The position numbers were made by a program, and so were the translations under genes. Positions 58,867-64,000 of a stretch of 64,000 bases of DNA are shown here, piece after piece. The stretch comes from an uncultured Clostridium sp. (GTDB lineage Bacteria > Bacillota > Clostridia > TANB77 > CAG-508): assembly GCA_947646915.1 (NCBI GenBank), contig CANSII010000004.1:3214-67213 (forward strand), given 5' to 3'. Positions within the stretch are counted from its first letter, which is position 1. Every line of letters begins with the position of its first letter. The notes under the pieces were generated by a model. That model had not been told where the DNA came from and searched no databases. It saw only the letters and a program-made list of their open reading frames with translations.

Positions 58867-61656
58867 TTATAAATTTTTCTGAGAAATCTTTTGATACATT
58901 TTCATTAGTTCTGCAACACAATCTGATTCTGTCATTTTTCTCCAATCAAATCCATATGCTTCCATTACAGCCTTATCATTTTCTTGATGTGCTTTCCTTA
59001 ATTCTACTGGCATTGTTAATTCATCATATAAATCTGCTAAACTACTATTTGGATATATTTTTCTAGCATCTAATATTCCTTGAGCTGTTTTCTCAACTTT
59101 CTCTTTTTGTGGTGCTGTTGGATTTGGCCATGGGAATGTATTATATACAATTGAGGAAGAATACTGATAATCACTCTTTAATCTTCCAGTTACAATTCGC
59201 ATCCAGGACATATGTACATTTGATTGCAAAATTCCATATTCATATATTGTGCCATTTTGTATAATTAACAAAGAATTGGTAGTTATAACAGTATTATCTA
59301 TAAAACCAATAGGGATATATCTTCTTTTTTCAGAAGTTGTTACAGGTATAACTATTGCAGATTTTGGATTCTTTTGTTCTCTAAAAAGTCCTGGAGTATC
59401 TGCCATTGCAACAGTCTTTTTATCTGTACTATTTAATCTCATTTGACGTACTTTTTGTAATCTATCTAGTATAAAAGCATATTTTTTTATTTCATTTGGA
59501 GATGTACCTACTAACCACAAACAAAATCTTTTTTTATTATATAAAAATTCTGTTGAACCTACTAATCTTTTAATGTACTTACCTATATCTGGTTCTTTTT
59601 TTATTATATTAATATATTCATTTTCATCTAGTATTAAAAAGCCACCATCTGTTGGTTGATTTCCTTTCTCCACCTTATTTATGTTACATAAGGGTTTTGT
59701 CCTTTTTTTTATAAAACAATTATTATCTTCAATAAAATAGTTATTTATTTGTTTAACTTCTTTAGCAGAATCACCATCAAATATAATTTTTTTTATATTA
59801 TTAGTATTATATACACAAAAACCAATAATTACACAAAATACTTGTGCCTTTTCATAAGCTTCTGAATCCCATTTAAAGGACTTATAGCAGAAAAGTATAT
59901 TTAAGTTATATTTCTCAGCCAAAGGTTTCCATAATGTATAATTTTGTTCTCCTTGAATTATAGAATTAGTAGAAACAAAAGCAGATTTTATATTAGTATT
60001 AGTCATATATATACAAGCTTTCATATACCAACCACTTACATAATCTATAATACCTAAATTTTCAAAATCATTTCCAAAGATAATTTTCATATCATTACAT
60101 TGTTCTTTATTTCTTTGCCATTGTTTAGCACCAACAAACGGTGGATTTCCCATAATATAATTCAACTCATTTTTATCAATAACATCATTCCAATCAATTC
60201 TCAAAGCATTAGCCTCAATTATATTACTATACGATTTGAGAGGCAAAAAATCTAAATTCAAATGCAAAATATTTTCTGTTTCAGCCATCATTTGACTTTC
60301 AGCAATCCATAAAGCAGTTTTTGCAACAGTTACAGCAAAGTCATTTATCTCTATTCCATAAAATTGCTTAATTGAAACTTTTATTGGATTATTTATACTA
60401 TCTCCAAATTGAATTTGTCCTCTATATAATTTTTCTAATGCTTTATTCTCTAGTTTTCTTAAAGACAAATATGTTTCTGTTAAAAAATTACCTGAACCAC
60501 AGGCAGGATCTAAAAATTTTAATTGTGATATTTTATCTTGAAATTCTAAAACATTCTTTTTTATAGTATTTAAACTAGTTACATTTAAAACTTTATTTTC
60601 TAATTCTTCTTTTAACTCATCTAAAAATAGTGGATCAATAACTTTATGTATGTTTTCTATTGATGTATAGTGCATTCCTCCACTTCTTCTAGTTTCAGGG
60701 TTTAATGTACTTTCAAAAACAGCACCAAATATTGTAGGTGAAATATTACTCCAATCAAAATCTTCACTTGCTTTTGTCAATAATATACTTTTTACCTTTT
60801 CATTTAACATTGGTATTTCAATATTTTCGTCAGCAAATAATCCACCATTTACATATGGAAATTGTGCTAAATCTTCCTTCATATATGGATCTCTATCTTC
60901 TGATTTTGTATCTAATACTTTAAATAAATCTATTAATCCCCTTCTTATATCTTCTGCTTCAAATTTTGATAAATAATCATGAAACATACTACGTTTTCCA
61001 AAAATTCCTGCATCTTCAGCATATAAGCAAAATACTAATCTAACACATAACATATTTAAGCTTCTTAGTGTTTCTTCATTTTCAGGATCTTTATATAATG
61101 GTATTATTTCATCATATAATTTTCCTACTAATTCTCCTGCTTGAATAGATATTTCCATCTCTTTTTTTAAATTATTATTTCCAGCATCTACAATAAATTT
61201 TAATCTATTATATTCTTTTTCTAAATCTTTCAAAAATACCTCTTCTGGCTCTCCATTTGGATTTTCCATATTATATATTAAGAATGATTTAAAATTGCAT
61301 GTAATAACCCATTTTGGATGTTTCGAAACTGGTAATTCTGTTATATACTTTTTTGCTTGTTGAAATGGTGTTAAAAGTGAACCATCTGCTTGTCTTATTC
61401 CTTTTCTCAAATCTTTATTGACACTTTTCTGCTCTATTAATACTTTTGTTGATGGTATATATGCGTCTATAAATCCTGTTGTCTTATCTATATGTACTTG
61501 ATCTTCAAATTCTATAAATTCTTCTATTTTTTCAACTTCAAAGATTTGTTCTAATAATTGAATCCAAAATATTTGACTTTGCCCTTTTTCATATCCTTTA
61601 TCTTTCCAAAATTCTGAAAAATTTTTTGCTACTTGTTTTTGTTCTTTTTCTGTCAT
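58867..61656 (-). CDS. MmeI-family type IIL/IIG restriction-modification enzyme
   Basis: 929 aa. N-terminal nuclease motif GFIDAYIP...VLIEQKS, methyltransferase motif I FLDPACGSGNFL, motif IV MGNPPFVGAKQ. Size and domain order are as in MmeI-like enzymes. Confidence 0.85.
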   Translation of the reverse strand: MTEKEQKQVAKNFSEFWKDKGYEKGQSQIFWIQLLEQIFEVEKIEEFIEFEDQVHIDKTTGFIDAYIPSTKVLIEQKSVNKDLRKGIRQADGSLLTPFQQAKKYITELPVSKHPKWVITCNFKSFLIYNMENPNGEPEEVFLKDLEKEYNRLKFIVDAGNNNLKKEMEISIQAGELVGKLYDEIIPLYKDPENEETLRSLNMLCVRLVFCLYAEDAGIFGKRSMFHDYLSKFEAEDIRRGLIDLFKVLDTKSEDRDPYMKEDLAQFPYVNGGLFADENIEIPMLNEKVKSILLTKASEDFDWSNISPTIFGAVFESTLNPETRRSGGMHYTSIENIHKVIDPLFLDELKEELENKVLNVTSLNTIKKNVLEFQDKISQLKFLDPACGSGNFLTETYLSLRKLENKALEKLYRGQIQFGDSINNPIKVSIKQFYGIEINDFAVTVAKTALWIAESQMMAETENILHLNLDFLPLKSYSNIIEANALRIDWNDVIDKNELNYIMGNPPFVGAKQWQRNKEQCNDMKIIFGNDFENLGIIDYVSGWYMKACIYMTNTNIKSAFVSTNSIIQGEQNYTLWKPLAEKYNLNILFCYKSFKWDSEAYEKAQVFCVIIGFCVYNTNNIKKIIFDGDSAKEVKQINNYFIEDNNCFIKKRTKPLCNINKVEKGNQPTDGGFLILDENEYINIIKKEPDIGKYIKRLVGSTEFLYNKKRFCLWLVGTSPNEIKKYAFILDRLQKVRQMRLNSTDKKTVAMADTPGLFREQKNPKSAIVIPVTTSEKRRYIPIGFIDNTVITTNSLLIIQNGTIYEYGILQSNVHMSWMRIVTGRLKSDYQYSSSIVYNTFPWPNPTAPQKEKVEKTAQGILDARKIYPNSSLADLYDELTMPVELRKAHQENDKAVMEAYGFDWRKMTESDCVAELMKMYQKISQKNL

Positions 61657-61687
61657 TTATAGTTCCCCCTATGTAATTCCATTTTAA

Positions 61688-62378
61688 TTATATATTCTCA
61701 ACATCATTTAAAATACACCATGTCCCATTACTTTCAGGAAAAGCCTTAAATGCAATCTCCTCTTTAGAAATTGGATGCTGTATTATTAACTCATATGCCC
61801 ATAATGCAATTTGTTTGCCTTGTCCTCTAATTCCATATTTTTGATCTCCAAAAATACTATGTCCAAAATTAGATAATTGAACTCTAATTTGATGATGTCT
61901 TCCAGTATGTAAATTCACCTTAACCAAACTTAATTTCTTTAAGTCATTATATGTTAAAACTTCATAATCCAGTTTAGCTAATTTTGAATTCTTTTTGTCT
62001 TTATTTACAACTTTGCTTATATTGTTTCTTTCATCTTTATATAAATAATCTTCTAACATTCCGCTTCTTTTGCTCTATTTTACCATCAACAACAGCAAGA
62101 TATTTTTTCTTAAAAATCTTATTTCTAACTTGCTCACTCAGACGTGATGCAGCTTTTGATGTTTTAGCAAAAATCATAATTCCACCAACAGGTCTATCTA
62201 ATCTATGTACTAGCCCTAAATATACATTTCCTTGTTTATTATATTTTTCTTTAATATATTGTTTTACTATTGTAAGCATATCTATATCACCTGTTTTATC
62301 CGATTGTGATGGAATATTAGGTTTTTTTTCTACTACAATTATATGATTATCTTCATATATTACTTTTAAATTAGCCAT
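61688..62378 (-). pseudogene. RluA-family pseudouridine synthase, split by a single-base frameshift near 62050
   Basis: ORF 62037..62378 carries the catalytic LVHRLDRPVGGIMIFAK. ORF 61688..62059 carries VNLHTGRHHQIRVQL. Removing one base in CAAAAGAAGCGGA gives a continuous ...GKIEQKSGMLEDYLYKDE.... Confidence 0.85.
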
Positions 62379-62430
62379 TTTTTACCTCTCAATAACTCAA
62401 AAACTTTTTTATTCATTAATGATAAAATAT

Positions 62431-62643
62431 TTAAGTTTTGGTTTTTTCATTTTATAAATTTGATTTTAGAAAAAAGATATATATTTCAAAGTGAGTTCGA
62501 CCATGAGTCATTATTCACTTTAACTTGTTATAATGTGTATCTTTACTTTGAATTTGCAATTTTTTAAACGCCTTGGAGAATGGAACTGGGAAATATATAT
62601 CTTTTTTCTAAATAATATAATTTTGTCAAACGCCGAAACTTAA
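62431..62643 (+). repeat. Intergenic core-hairpin repeat, copy 16 (complete, two-tier O-type arms)
   Basis: TTAAGTTTTGGTTTTTT...TTAGAAAAAAGATATATAT-TTCAAAGTGAGTTCGACCATGAGTCATTATTCACTTTAAC...TTATAATGTGTATCT...TTTTAAACGCCTTGGAGAATGGAACTGGGAA-ATATATATCTTTTTTCTAAA...CGCCGAAACTTAA. Confidence 0.85.
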
Positions 62644-62675
62644 AACATAATAATATTATTGAAAATCAAAAAAAA

Positions 62676-63548
62676 TTATAGTCTTTCCCATCTGCCAAAA
62701 ATTCCACAAGGCAAAACTAACTTTGAATTCTCCATTGGAATACCAATCTCGCCAGCTTCAGTCTTTCCTTTAAAAATTTTATCCACAGTTAAATGTAAAA
62801 TATCTTCTAAAACTTTACACGATATACCTGTTGTATATGAATTAATCAAGAAAAACAAAGGATTATCAGATAAAACATTTGTACATAATTCTACTAAATC
62901 ATAAATATTATTTTCAAATTGCCAAACTTCCCCTTTTGCCCCCCTACCATAAGAAGGTGGATCCATTATTATTGCATCATATTTATTTCCTCTTCTAATT
63001 TCTCTATTTACAAATTTTACAACATCATCAACAATAAATCTTACAGATCTATTTTGTAAACCTGAACTCTCTATATTCTCTTTTGCCCATGTTGTCATGC
63101 CCTTTGAACTATCTACATGACACACTGATGCACCCGCATAACTACATGCAACTGTTGCACCTCCTGTATATGCAAATAAATTTAATACTTTTATTTCTCT
63201 TTTCTCTTTTTGTATTTTATTTATCATCCAATCCCAGTTTACTGCTTGTTCAGGAAATAACCCTGTATGTTTAAATCCCATTGGTTTTATGTTAAATGTT
63301 AATTCTTTATATTTTATTTGCCATTGTTTTGGCATTTTTTTGTTAAATTCCCATGAACCACCACCTGTACTACTTCTATGATATGTTGCATTTATTTCTT
63401 TCCATTTTTTTGGGAAACTCTTTTCTTTCCAAATTATTTGTGGGTCTGGTCTTGATAATATTACTTCTCCCCATCTTTCTAATTTTTGCCCTTCTGCCAT
63501 GTCTATTATTTTATAATCTTTCCATTCATTTGCTAATTTCATATTCAT
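62676..63548 (-). CDS. class I SAM-dependent (rRNA-type, RlmI/YwbD-like core) methyltransferase
   Basis: 290 aa. Motifs VLNLFAYTGGATVA and AIIMDPPSYGRG. Confidence 0.75.
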   Translation of the reverse strand: MNMKLANEWKDYKIIDMAEGQKLERWGEVILSRPDPQIIWKEKSFPKKWKEINATYHRSSTGGGSWEFNKKMPKQWQIKYKELTFNIKPMGFKHTGLFPEQAVNWDWMINKIQKEKREIKVLNLFAYTGGATVACSYAGASVCHVDSSKGMTTWAKENIESSGLQNRSVRFIVDDVVKFVNREIRRGNKYDAIIMDPPSYGRGAKGEVWQFENNIYDLVELCTNVLSDNPLFFLINSYTTGISCKVLEDILHLTVDKIFKGKTEAGEIGIPMENSKLVLPCGIFGRWERL

Positions 63549-64000
63549 TCCCCATCTTTCTTTTTAGATAGTTCTATTTTAACATATTTTATTTGATTTT
63601 TAAATGAATTTTTAAGATTTCTCACATTTTATTTATATTGTTATCATTTCGAAAAAACTAAATGAAAAAAAGAACAAAAGAGGCATGATTAAAATATTAT
63701 GACTATTTAAATTACTTTACATGCCTCGTCTTTGTTCATGTGCCAATTTTACGCAAGTAAAATTGTGTACAAATATTTATATTATAGGAAATTCGGAGAA
63801 CTTTCCTATAATATAAAAAAAGATGACATTGTATTATTATTTTTTACAATTCATCTTTTAACTATGTAATTTGTAACAAAAGGGTAACAATTTAATGTAT
63901 CTATTCCTTTAAAGCATTGGCATTACTGTATTGTTCTTTTAAATAGTAACTTCTGATAGAACAAATCGGAAAGCTAATAAAATTGTAGTATGTTAATTAA

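Noticed and set aside
63680-63860. Several short hairpins in the ORF-free right end (GAGGCATG..CATGCCTC, TATAGGAAA..TTTCCTATA, AAGATGA..TCATCTT), considered as a possible riboswitch or sRNA.
   Set aside because: No match to any riboswitch consensus I can recall. No downstream gene is visible before the window ends. The stems are short and AT-rich.

Overview
Very AT-rich chromosomal segment from an endospore-forming Firmicute (Clostridia-like). Evidence for that: spoIIP, ytxC, yqfC/yqfD, a gerA-type germination operon and a pdaA-like deacetylase. The standard genetic code is in use. Housekeeping content: pgk-tpiA-gpmI, a GH57 glucan branching enzyme, tgt/queA, U32 peptidase plus trmR-like O-methyltransferase, typA, plsC, rnr, secG, ybeY. 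Accessory content: (1) A complete diversity-generating retroelement (avd, TR, RT, VR). Its variable repeat lies in the N-terminal module of a cytoplasmic MoxR-type AAA+ ATPase, co-operonic with an HExxH+vWA partner and two small unknown ORFs. The TR templates an in-frame TGA that currently splits the target. This is my top candidate for an undescribed system. (2) A dense intergenic repeat family (16 copies or fragments) with a conserved ~95-nt core and flanking stems that differ in sequence but stay complementary. It includes a 3-unit tandem array and inverted pairs bracketing rnr-secG and a restriction island. (3) Two single-chain restriction-modification enzymes: a fused R-M-S type IIB-like enzyme flanked by ~40-bp direct repeats, and an MmeI-like type IIL enzyme. 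(4) An agr quorum-sensing locus with a 39-aa agrD that is absent from the ORF track. (5) A membrane spermidine-synthase / AdoMetDC / DUF350 / DUF4178-like cluster. (6) A split RelA/SpoT-like nucleotidyltransferase inserted between U32 and trmR. spoIIP and an RluA-family gene each carry a single-base frameshift. All protein family calls come from motif recognition by eye; no database search was possible.
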